This document shows, one piece after another, positions 50,870-62,400 of a stretch of 64,000 bases of DNA. Under the pieces are notes generated by a model. It did no database searches. It saw nothing but the letters and a program-made list of their open reading frames with translations, and was not told the DNA's origin. The first letter of the stretch is position 1, and each line of letters starts with the position of its first letter. The position numbers were made by a program, and so were the translations under genes. Source of the stretch: Phaeosaccion multiseriatum (taxonomy: Eukaryota; Protista; Ochrophyta, other classes); NCBI GenBank assembly GCA_965112735.1, contig OZ218965.1, positions 1,798,001-1,862,000 on the forward strand, written 5' to 3'.

Positions 50870-53800
50870 AAAATAAGGAAGCAAGTCACAAATTCACAGC
50901 AAATAAGCCTCTGGGAGAAGGGGGGGAAGGGCACCACCAGTGATGAGTCTCAGGCGGCAACAGATGGAAAAGGATGCCAGCAGGAGGGTGCGGCGGTGCT
51001 GCTGTGCATGTACAGTCAGCCAGAAGAGGAGAGCGACACTTACAGGGCACGATATAGCAGTTTCGCAGGTAGCACTTGAGGTGCCGAGGAAGGATGCTCT
51101 CTGCGATGTACGGGGTGGTGCGATGCATGCAGAGGGCGGTAGGGGGATGAGTTCAAGGCCAATCACACCGGAAAGTAAAAGTAGCTAAGAGAAATGAGGA
51201 AAAAAATGAAGAACGTAAGCAACTAGTGGTGGTGGTGGTGGAGGAGGAGGGAGCGGGGGGCCACACACAAGTCGAGCAACAACAGCACCTCCACCTACTC
51301 GTCTCCCCCCAAACCCCTCCCCCTGAGACAAGAAGCAAAGAAGCCTCCGGAAGAAAGGGAGGAAGGGCACCGGCAGTGACGAGTCTCAGGCGGCAACACA
51401 TGGAAAAGGAGGCCAGCAGGAGGGTACGGCGGTGCTTGCTACTGTACATGTAAAGTGCAGAAGAGAGCGACACTTACAAGGCAAGCCCCCCCCCCACTGC
51501 AGGTAGCCTTTGAGTCGCCGAGAAAGGATGCTCGCTGCGATGTACGGGGTGGTGCGATGCGTGTAGAGGGCGGTAGGGGGGTGAGTTCAAGGCCAATCAG
51601 CCCACACCGGAAAGTAAGAGAAATGAGGAAAAAAATGAAGAACGTAAGCAACTAGTGTGGTGGTTGAGGGAGCGGGGGGGCCACACACAAGTCGAGCAAC
51701 AACAGCACCTCCATCTACTCGTCTCCCCCCAAACCCCTCCCCCTGAGACAAGAAGCAAAGAAGCCTCCGGAAGAAAGGGAGGAAGGGCACCGGCAGTGAC
51801 GAGTCTCAGGCGGTGGGAGAGATGGATAACAACACGCCAGCTGCTAGGAGGATGCCGCGGTTCACGTCACTGACTCACCAAACATGCGTCGACTTCGTGG
51901 CACTCCACCCGGTCGCAGTTCTGCAAGGCGAGCAAAGAGCAGCAAGCAATACAGATGGAATGTTCGAAAGTCACGAACCAAGCAACGCCCACGCAAAATG
52001 CACTTCGGGGTACTACAGCACACTGGCAGGTAGGCGAGTGGTGACAGTCAGACCAAGCGATGGGCTGACAATGAACCCGCTCCGCACGACACCACCTGCG
52101 CCGAAGCCAACCACGCTTCACTGTTCACCAAGCACCAGGCTTCGTTCACAACAAGTCAAGCTCTACGTACATTAAAGATGGCGTGCTGATACAGCCACAC
52201 GAGCGAGGGTAGAGAGAGCCCCAGGCATGTAACGGCAGAAACAATTGGCACCACAAGCCGTCGCCGAAGAGCAGCAGTCCAAGCGGGGAGGTGCAACAGG
52301 CAGGTACAGGTAGCAGCAACGACAGAGCCAAGGGGACGAGGTAGCGGGAGGGGGGTGGGAAAGAGCAGGTCACGGGAGCACAGACAATCGAAGTTCTCCT
52401 TCGAAGCAACAAGCACATTCTACAGGGCATGGGCGCTGCGAAAGGATGCAAACTGCGATGTGCAGGGGAAGAGCACATGGGTGGTGCGATGCATGTATGG
52501 GCAGGGGGGGGAGTGAGTTCAAGGCCAATCAGCCCACACCGGAAAGTAAGAGAAGTGAGGAAGCCTTCAGCTAGGCTACTAGCTAGGCTAGCCGACAACA
52601 AGTGAAGAATGCAAGCAACTAGGGTAGAAGGAGGGAACGGGACAGCCCACACACGAGTCGAGCAAGTACAAGCAACATGTTGGGGGGGGGGGCAGAGTTG
52701 TTAGGGCTAATCTATTTTACTCGTCTCCCCATCCCCTCGAGATCCAAGAAGTGGCCAGCCAGCAGAAGTGCTCTTTGGATGGGGCGAGCTGGAGAGGGCT
52801 TCACGTCACCGACTCACCGAACATGCGACGTCTTCGTGGCACTCCACCCGGTCGCAGTTCTGCAAGGCGAGCAAAGAGCAGCAAGCAATACAGATGGAAT
52901 GGTCGAAAGTCACGAACCGAGCAACGCCCACGCAAAATACACTTCGGGGTACTACAGCACACTGGCAGGCAGGCGAGTGGTGACAGTCAGACCAAGCGAT
53001 GGGCTGACAATGAACCCGCCCCGCACGACACCACCTGCGCCGAAGCCAACCACGCTTCACTGTTCACCAAGCACCAGGCTTCGTTCACAACAAGTCAAGC
53101 TCTACGTACATTAAAGTTGGCGCCCTGATACAGCCACACGAGCGAGGGTAGAGAGGCCCCCAGGCATGTAACGGCAGAAACAATTGGCACCACAAGCCAT
53201 CGCCGAAGAGCAGCAGTCCAAGCGGGAAGGTGCAACAGGCAGGTACAGGTAGCAACGACAGAGTCAAGGGGACGAGGTAGCGGGAGGGGGGTGGGAAAGA
53301 GCAGGTCACGGGAGCACAGACAATCGAAGTTCTCCTTCGAAGCAACAAGCACATTCTACAGGGCATGGGCGCTGCGAAAGGATGCAAACTGCGATGTGCA
53401 GGGGAAGAGCACATGGGTGGTGCGATGCATGTATGGGCAGGGGGGGGAGTGAGTTCAAGGCCAATCAGCCCACACCGGAAAGTAAGAGAAGTGAGGAAGC
53501 CTTCAGCTAGGCTAGCCGACAACAAGTGAAGAATGCAAGCAACTAGGGGTGGCTGATCGAGGGAACGGGACAGCCCACACACGAATCGAGTAAATACAAG
53601 CAACATCTCGTGGGGGGCGGGCAGAGTTGTTTGGGCTAATCCATTTCTCACTCCCCCTCATTCCCTCCTCGAGATCCAAGAACTGGCCAGCCAGCAGTAG
53701 TGCTCTTTGGATGGGCGAGCTGGAAAGGGCTTCACGTCACCGACTCACCAGACACGCATGATAGTTGCAAAGCACCACGTCGCAGTTCTGCAAGGCGGGC

Positions 53801-56172
53801 AAAGAGCAGCAAGCAATACAGATGGAATGCTCGAAAGTCATGTACCAAGCAACGCCCACGCAAATGCACTTCTGGGTACTACAGCACACTGGCAGGCAGG
53901 CGAGTGGTGACAGTCAGACCAAGCGATGGACTGACAATGAACCCGCTCCGCACAACACCACCTGCGCCGAAGCCAACCACGCGTCACTGTTCATCAAGCA
54001 CCAGGGTTCGTTCACAACAAGTCAAGCTCTACGTACATTAAAGTTGGTGTACTGATACAGCCACACGAGCGAGGGTAGAGAGAGCCCCAGGCATGTAACG
54101 GCAGAAACAATTGGCACCACAAGCCATCGCCGAAGAGCAGCAGTCCAAGCGGGGAGGTGCAACAGGCAGGTACAGGTAGCAGCAACGACAAAGCCAAGGG
54201 GAGGAGGTAGCGGGAGGGGGGTGGGAAAGAGCAGGTCACGGGAGCACAGACAATCGAAGTTCTCCTTCGAAGCAACAAGCACATTCTACAGGGCATGGGC
54301 GCTGCGAAAGGATGCAAACTGCGATGTGCAGGGGAAGAGCACATGGGGTGGTGCGATGCATGTATGGGCAGGGGGGGGAGTGAGTTCAAGGCCAATCAGC
54401 CCACACCGGAAAGTAAGAGAAGTGAGGAAGCCTTCAGCTAGGCTAGCCGACAACAAGTGAAGAATGCAAGCAACTAGTAGGGGTGGCTGAAGGAGGGAAC
54501 GGGACAGCCCACACACGAGTCGAGCAAGTACAAGCAACATGTGGGGGGGGGGGGCAGAGTTGTTAGGGCTAATCTATTTTACTCGTCTCCCCATCCCCTC
54601 GAGATCCAAGAACTGGCCAGCCAGCAGTAGTGCTCTTTGCATGGGGTGAAGTGGAAAGGGCTTCACGTCACCGACTCACCGAACACGCGTCAAAGGAGCA
54701 CTCCACGCTGCAGTCCTGCAAGGCGAGCAAAGAGCAGCAAGTAATACGGATGAAATGACCGAGAGTCATGAACCAAGCAACGCCCACGCCAAGGCACTTC
54801 GGGGTACTACAGCACACTTCACAGTCAGACCAAGCGATGGGCTGACAATGAACCCGCTCCGCACGACACCACCTGCGCCGAAGCCAACCACCCGTCACTG
54901 TTCACCAAGCACCAGGGTTCGTTCACAACAAGTCAAGCTCTACGTACATTAAAGTTGGCGTACTGACACAGCCACACGAGCGAGGGTACAGAGGCCCCCA
55001 GGCATGTAACGGCAGAAACAATTGGCACCACAAGCCATCGCCGAAGAGCAGCAGTCCAAGCCGGGAGGTGCAACAGGCAGGTACAGGTAGCAACGACAGA
55101 GCCAAGGGGACGAGGTAGCAGGAGGGGGGGGGGGGCAAGAGCAGCCACACGTGAGAGGAGGTCACGGGGAGCACAGACAATCGAAGTTCTCCTTCGAAGC
55201 AGCATGCACATTCTACAGGGCATGGGCGCTGCGGAAGGATGCAAACTGCGATGTGCAGGGGAAGAGCACATGGGGTGGTGCGATGCATGTATGGGCAGGG
55301 GGGGGAGTGAGTTCAAGGCCAATCAGCCCACACCGGAAAGTAAGAGAAGTGAGGAAGCCTTCAGCTAGGCTACTAGCTAGGCTAGCCGACAACAAGTGAA
55401 GAATGCAAGCAACTAGGGGTGGCTGAAGGAGGGAACGGGACAGCCCACACACGAGTCGAGCAAGTACAAGCAACATGTTGGGGGGGGGGGCAGAGTTGTT
55501 AGGGCTAATCTATTTTACTCGTCTCCCCATCCCCTCGAGATCCAAGAACTGGCCAGCCAGCAGTAGTGCTCTTTGGATGGGGCGAGCTGGAAAGGGCTTC
55601 ACGTCACCGACTCACATCACACGCGTCTGGGGTGTAGCACTCCACGAGGCAGTCCTGCAAGGCGAGCAAAGAGCGGCAAGCAACACGGATGGAATGCTCG
55701 AAAGTCACGAACCAAGCAACGCCCAGGCAAAATGCACTTCGGGGTACTACAGCACACTGGCAGGCAGGCGAGTGGTGACAGTCAGACCAAGCGATGGGCT
55801 GACAATGAACCCGCCCCGCACAACACCACCCACGCCTAAGCCAACCACGCGTCACTGTTCATCAAGCACCAGGCTTCGTTCACAACAAGTCAAGCTCTAC
55901 GTACATTAAAGTTGGCGTACTGACACAGCCACACGAGCGAGGGTACAGAGGCCCCCAGGCATGTAACGGCAGAAACAATTGGCACCACAAGCCATCGCCG
56001 AAGAGCAGCAGTCCGAGCGGGGGGGGGGAGGTGCAACAGGCAGGTACAGGTAGCAACGACAGAGTCAAGGGGACGAGGTAGCGGGAGGGGGGTGGGAAAG
56101 AGCAGCCACACGTGAGAGGAGGTCACGGGAGCACAGACAATCGAAGTTCTCCTTCGAAGCAACAAGCACATT
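50870..56172. repeat. Satellite-like tandem array: ~4.7 units of ~935 bp (from ~51860) preceded by shorter, related ~425 bp units
   Basis: Anchor ttcacgtcac at 51861, 52801, 53731, 54662 and 55598; anchor gagtctcaggcgg at ~50945, 51381 and 51801. Confidence 0.92.
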
Positions 56173-56368
56173 TGTCGAAACTACCGACAGCTAGCCTCAA
56201 AGCCAAGCTAGAGCAGAGCAGAAGCTGAAGCAAGCACCCGGAAGCCAGCCCACACGCAGGCTGCGCTTCCTTTCTTTTATTACTGATTTACCGTCTAGTT
56301 GGCCCGTTTTCCGGCCGTTACACTACTGATTGGGTCCCCAAGGGACCCCAACTAGGCCACTTCTAACA
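56173..56368 (-). repeat. 3' LTR (196 bp, TG...CA) of the gypsy element, with polypurine tract GAGGGGGA at 56369-56376
   Basis: On the minus strand it reads TGTTAGAAG...TTTCGACA directly after the PPT and breaks a satellite unit at aagcacatt|. Confidence 0.88.
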
Positions 56369-56406
56369 TCCCCCTCACTACACCCCCGCCTCTTCCGCCA
56401 GCTCCC

Positions 56407-59400
56407 TCAGAAGCCGAGATGCGAGCGATAGAATTGCGTCTCGTGCGCCAGCCCGCTGCCCCACTTCTCATGTTGCCGCAGACGGATCGTGCTTTCCCGT
56501 TTAGACCTATGCCCTCTTTTGACATTCACTCCTGGATCAAGGGCAGTGTGCGGGAGGGCGTTCTCGAACGCCTCTATGGCCTTGGCGTGTCCCCGCTCCA
56601 GTAACCACTCAGCCCATTCCCAGGTCTGGAAAGTGCCGCCGTCCGACACCGCCCACCGCACGTTATACTCTCGCCGCAGTGGCAGCCCCGTGGCTTTGCG
56701 CCAGCGGAACTTCACAATCCTCGCCAGCGTGGGCACTTTCCCTTCACTCACCTCGTCCAGCTCTAAGCTACGCTGCTCCTGCATTGCGCTGGTAGCCCAC
56801 TGAGGAGAGCACCAACGGATATGATACCTGGCGAATCCTTCCGGGAGACCGAAGGGTCGCTCGCTCACCCCATCGATGAACGGCTTCGTCAAGTCTCTGT
56901 GGTACGCCCGTTGCAGCTGCTCCACACCATTGCCGCGCACCCGTTTCATAGACAGATACACTGCGCTGCGCTGCATGACCTGGTAGTGCTCTTCACTCAC
57001 CCGCCCATGCTGAGCACAGTAGGCCCCCAGAGCTGGCCAAGGCAAGACTGTATAAGGACCATCCCACGAGTGCTGCAGAGCCTTGAGTTGCGCTGACGGG
57101 GGCCCTTCGAGTTCTTCCCCTTCTTGCTGGGCGGCGGCACCAGGACGATACAACATCACCTTGGTTCCGGGTCGCAGGGGCGTCGGCCAACGGCGTGAGG
57201 CGTTCTTCAGCTGCAATCTCCCGTGGTAGTCGCAGCGCCTCCCATTGACCACCGCCGCAGCCGCAGCCAGACGTGCCCGCAGTTCGTGGACCCATGCCGA
57301 GGCAGACGAAAACGACCCGTCCTCCACTAGCGCCGGAAGCATCGCCTGTAGAGGCACCGGGGGGTGCCGACCGAACAAGGCGTAGAATGGCGCCATCCCC
57401 GTGCTCTCCTGCGAGCGGCAGTTGTACGCATAGGTGAGCCCGGCGACGTAATCTGGCCACTGCTGCATCTGTGACTCCACGGTCGTCGCCAACATGTCCT
57501 TGATCGTGGCCATGAAGCGCTCCACCTGCCCATTGGCCTGTTGGTGCATCGGCGTCGTGAACACTTGCGACGCCGATAGAACTCGCATCACATCGCCCAT
57601 GAGCGCACTGGTGAACTGCGAGCCTTGATCACTCACCAGCACTCGGGGCACACCCAGGGTGGTGACGACATGCCGCACGAAGGCCCGAGCAATACCTTCC
57701 GCCGTATAGTCCTGTGCCCTCAAAGGCACCACCACTGTCCACTTCGTGAACCAATCCTGAAACACCAAGAGGTACTCCTCACCGCCCATGCCCATAGGAA
57801 AGGGGCCAGCCACATCAGCGCCCATGACCGCCCAAGGTCCATCCACCTTGGAAATGGACGACAGCGGCACAGGCTTTGGCTGCCGGCGAGGAGTCTTGCG
57901 TGTCTGGCACGCCAGACAGGAGCGGGCCCAATACAGCGCATGTGCATTCATCTTCTCCCACCATACGCGCTCTTGCAGCGCGTCTAGCATACGTCCCGGG
58001 CCTTGGTGCCCACCTGCGATGGCATCGGTGTGGGCGGCATGCAGCAAGGCTGGCCGCATCTCCTTGGGCACACATACTTGTAGCCGAGTGTGCCGCACCC
58101 GCCACCGAAAGCCCCCAGGAGCCCACTTACGCATCAAGAGCCCGTCCTCATCCACAAAGAACTCACCCCCACCTGCATCCACCACGCCGCCGGTGGGCCC
58201 AGCCTGAACACGGCGACGGAGTGCTTCCAGCTCCGCATCAGCCCGCTGCGCACGCACCCACCACGCGGCCTCGACATGCAGACTGCCACCCAAAGCTCCA
58301 GCCGCTCGTCTGTGCGCCGCGGCAGCAGGCACCGTGCCTGGTAGAGACCACCCAAACTGTCGCTCTGCCTCTCGTCGATGCCCATCAAGCTCGCGCTGCA
58401 AGGTGGACTCCTGCTCCACCGGCTCCTTGGAAACTGAATCCACTGCCTCCTCAGCTTCATTATCCACTGCATCCGCAGCTTCATCACCTGCATCCCCCGC
58501 TTCTTCCGTGACCAGTAGATCTGCCGTACCAGGCTCCGACGGCGACTCCGCAGCAGGCGGCTCCCCAGGGTGGGTGATGCGGCCCTCCTCCGTAACAAGC
58601 TCCTCCGAGGGCAGACGAGACGCATCCTCCTCAAGCTCGGCCTCCCATGCAGCCCACGCATGAGCGGCCGCGGCACCCGTTTGCTGAGCCTCCGCTGGTG
58701 TGCACATCGAGAAGTAGTCACGCGACACCTGACGGACTTGCTTCCATGGCAACTCGATCATGGTATCTAGATGACTGGCCAACGCGCCCACCACCTTCCG
58801 CTGGCGCTTATATGTCCGCGTGAACCGCTCCACCATCTGCATCATTGTCTCCCACGAGCACTGCAGTTTGAATTGCAGTTTGGCCAGGTCGAATACCTCC
58901 AACGTCTTGGAGTGGACACCAAAGATGTAGAGCGGTGACACGTGGTCGCGATCGCCCCAATAACCAACCGCGGCCTGCATGAACCTGCCGACTTGCATCT
59001 CCTCCTGCTCCGCAGGGGTGTGAGCAGGGCTCATCGCGCTAAGCTCCACCCCCGGGCCACCATGGACGAACGGCACACACTCCGCCATGCGAGGCCAGAG
59101 GCGGAGGAGCGCCGCAGCGTCAGCAAACGCGTACTCCCGTTGAGCGGCGGACAGCGGCCGCTTCGTCCAATCGGTGGCCCGCTCCTCCTTGCTAAGGTGT
59201 TGCTCCAAAAACATGCTGACAAGGTCCTGGAGTCCGATGAACTGAGTATGTTCGGGGCACACGCGCTTAAAGAGGTCACTGGTGTCCACCAAGTTGACGA
59301 TGTGCTGGACATGCTCCGCGAGCTCCGGCCATCGGCCCAGGGCACGTTGGTCGTGACTCCAGTGGTGAGCCAGCTTCACAATCGAGGGTTCGGTCCACAG

Positions 59401-62400
59401 GTCCCGCAACACTTGCGCCAGTACCATCATACCCCCCGCCTTCTGAAGCGCGTCTAGATCAATCAAGAGCCCATAGTCACGCGCCACATCCGGCAGCGGC
59501 CCAACCTGCACGGCCAATTGCAGCAGCGACGCGCGCCGTCGGTGACGCGCCCACTCCGAATCCATAGCGACCACTTTGGCTGAGCGCAACTGAGTCGATA
59601 GAGCCTGCACGTGCCTCGGCGTAGACACGTACGTGCACCTCGCTGCGGAAATGTGACTCACAAATGGCGGCATCTGACCCAGCTGCCAGGCCTCTATCAC
59701 AGCCTTCTTCACACCCAGCTGGGGTGCTCGCGTAGGCTGCCATCCACATTGCTGAAGACGCTGTGTCCAAGCACGCCGAGCAGTACCCCTGCGTGACTGC
59801 GTCGCCGCCAAGTCCACCTCTGCAGTCTGCCAGGCTTGTAGGGCCTCCGCTCCGCTCTGCTGCTGGTGGTGGCACCGTTGCTGCTGTTGCTGGGCCGTCA
59901 CGGCAGGCACAGGAATAGGAAGGCGTGTGTCGGCTTCGCCCTGCAGCTGTTGCGCCACTGCGAGAAAGCGAAGCAGTGCGCCCTCCGTGGGCTCCTCCCA
60001 ATGAAGGCTGCACTCGTCCCCTACCATCTCCACCAGGTTCAACTGCACCCCCATCGAAGCACACCAGGTGTGCAAGGGCGACGGCCACTCGCACGCAACC
60101 ATGGCCAAGTCTACCCCCGCATGCGTCTCCCACTCCTGCACCGGAAGCGCGTTGCGAGAGAGGCAGTCAGGCACCACCATTTGCTTCCCGGGACGATGCA
60201 CAAACTGCAAGTGGTGCGTAGAGAGCCGCTCGTACCATCTGAACAGCTTGGAATTGGTATCCTTGTGCCCAGCCAACCACAACAAGGGCTGATGGTCCGT
60301 CACCACTGTGGTGGGGTAGTGGCAGATGTACATGGCCAGTTTGCGCACACACCACACCACTGCCAGCAGCTCCAGCTCCGTGCTGCTCAGTCGCGCCTCC
60401 GTCTCCGTGGTAGCCCGACTGATGAACGTCACCACACGCTCCTCCCCGGTCGCATCTTTCTGAGAGAGCACTCCTGCTAACCCTTCCGTCGAGGCATCGG
60501 TACTCAGGGTGAAAGTCGTCGCTGGCCCGTACTCCGGAAAAGCCAGTGCAGGGGAAGACAACAAGTCGGCAACGAGTCCATCCCAAGCTGCATCGTGCGA
60601 GGCATTCCAGGCGGTGCTCACGTCGACGCCCTTACGCAGCAGCCCATTGAGGGGCCGCACTTTGCGCGCAAACTCCGGAATGAAACGGCGAAAGTAGCTG
60701 AGCATGCCAATGAAACGCCGCACCTGCTTAACTCGATTGACGCCGCCATCCTTCGCAAGCAACCTCAACGGCTTGACCAGCTCTTGCACCGCCGCATGCT
60801 TGGCCGGGTCTGTGCGCACCCCATTCTGATCCAGCAAATGCCCGCAGAACCGCACCTCCGGTGCACCCAATACAGCCTTACTCGGCTCCAACTTGAGCTT
60901 GTGCTCCACCAACCGCGCAAGCACAGCATCCAAATGCTCCAGATGCTGCTCAACCGTAGCCGAAAACACAGCAATATCGTCCACAAAGCATGCCACATGC
61001 TCCTGAAGCCCCTTGAGCACCTTGTTCATAAGCCGCACAAAGACTGCAGGCGCATTCTTCGCGCCCTGCGGCATCACTCGCCAAGCGTAAGTTCCACTGT
61101 GGCACACAAAGGTGGATATGTCCTCTTCCGCTGCTGATGCCATCGGCACATTGAAGTAGCCCGACATGATGTCCATCACCGAGAACACCTTGGAGCCATG
61201 CATCTCTGCCAGCAGATCATCAATCACCGGCATCGCAGGGGCCTCCGTGCGACACGCATCATTCAGCTGAGACAAGTCACACGTCATACGTACCACAGGC
61301 GTCCCATCCTCATGACACTTGGTTTTGCCAGCTGCGTCCGTCTTCAAGACCGCCATCAGCGGAGTAGCCCAGCTGGAAGTGCTGGGGCGAATGATGGCAG
61401 CCGCGAGAAGCTTGTCAATCTCAATCTCAATCCCCCGCCGCAAATGTGGAGGATACCGTCGAGCGGAGCTCCGAATGGGCTGCTGATTCGCATCCTTCAG
61501 TCCCCACTCAAAGAAGAGAGTATCCGTCCGACCGTAGTCACCAGGCCTCTGACAGAATGCTTGCGACCGAGCGCGAAGGATCGCCACCAGTCCCCAGCGT
61601 TGCACCTCCGTCCAGGCACCGTCGCCAATCGTGATAGCGTGCAGGGGCGACGGTAGCTCCCTGAGCCAGAACTGAGCCCTCTCCGTAGTGAGCTTGGCAC
61701 GGCGCCGCTGCTCCACCACAAGCTCTCCTGCATCCCACGACTCCACTCCCCCACCAAGACAGCGACTCTCCTGCAGCACCGTTCGCAATTGGATGAGGAG
61801 CAGCAGCGCATTGGTCATATCCTGCTCCACCTTCTCCTGCTGCTGTAATGGGCGACTAGACCACAACGACAAGAGCTGTTGGGCCCATGCGGCCACAGCA
61901 ACGTCCCCAACGCCGCTCAGACCCGTGCCAGCGGCTTGGTGTACATGGGGGCGCAGGAGCAGTAGCGCGGTCACAGCCCCTTCCTCTGCCGCAACCAAGC
62001 ACTCGCGCAGACGTCCATACACTCGCTCTGACAGGTGAGGGTACCACTCCTTGATCAACTGCACTCCTGCCATCAGAGTCCCACCGGACGTGTCACTCTG
62101 GCTACCGAGTCGCAAGGCACCATCCGCATCCAGTACCCACCCATCACCGCGTAGGTCAGTCAATGATGTGCCCACCGCCGCCGACGATGAACCTGCCTCG
62201 GACCGTAGTGGCGGTTCCTCCGACGCCACTGACGATGCCGCCCCTGGCGCAGGCCTGCTGGTGGAATCATCAGCCCCCGCCACGTGGTGGACCTGCAGCT
62301 GGCCTGTACGAGGCGGTCGGGGCTCCTGCAACTGTGTCTGACGGCGTCGCGCTACCGCCGCCGGAGCCACCTGCTGCTGTACCGCATTGGACCGCTGAAC

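Noticed and set aside
51813-56171. Repeated ORFs in the ~935-bp units as a tandem gene family
   Set aside because: Frames and lengths change between units through indels, and there are no motifs or consistent splice structure.
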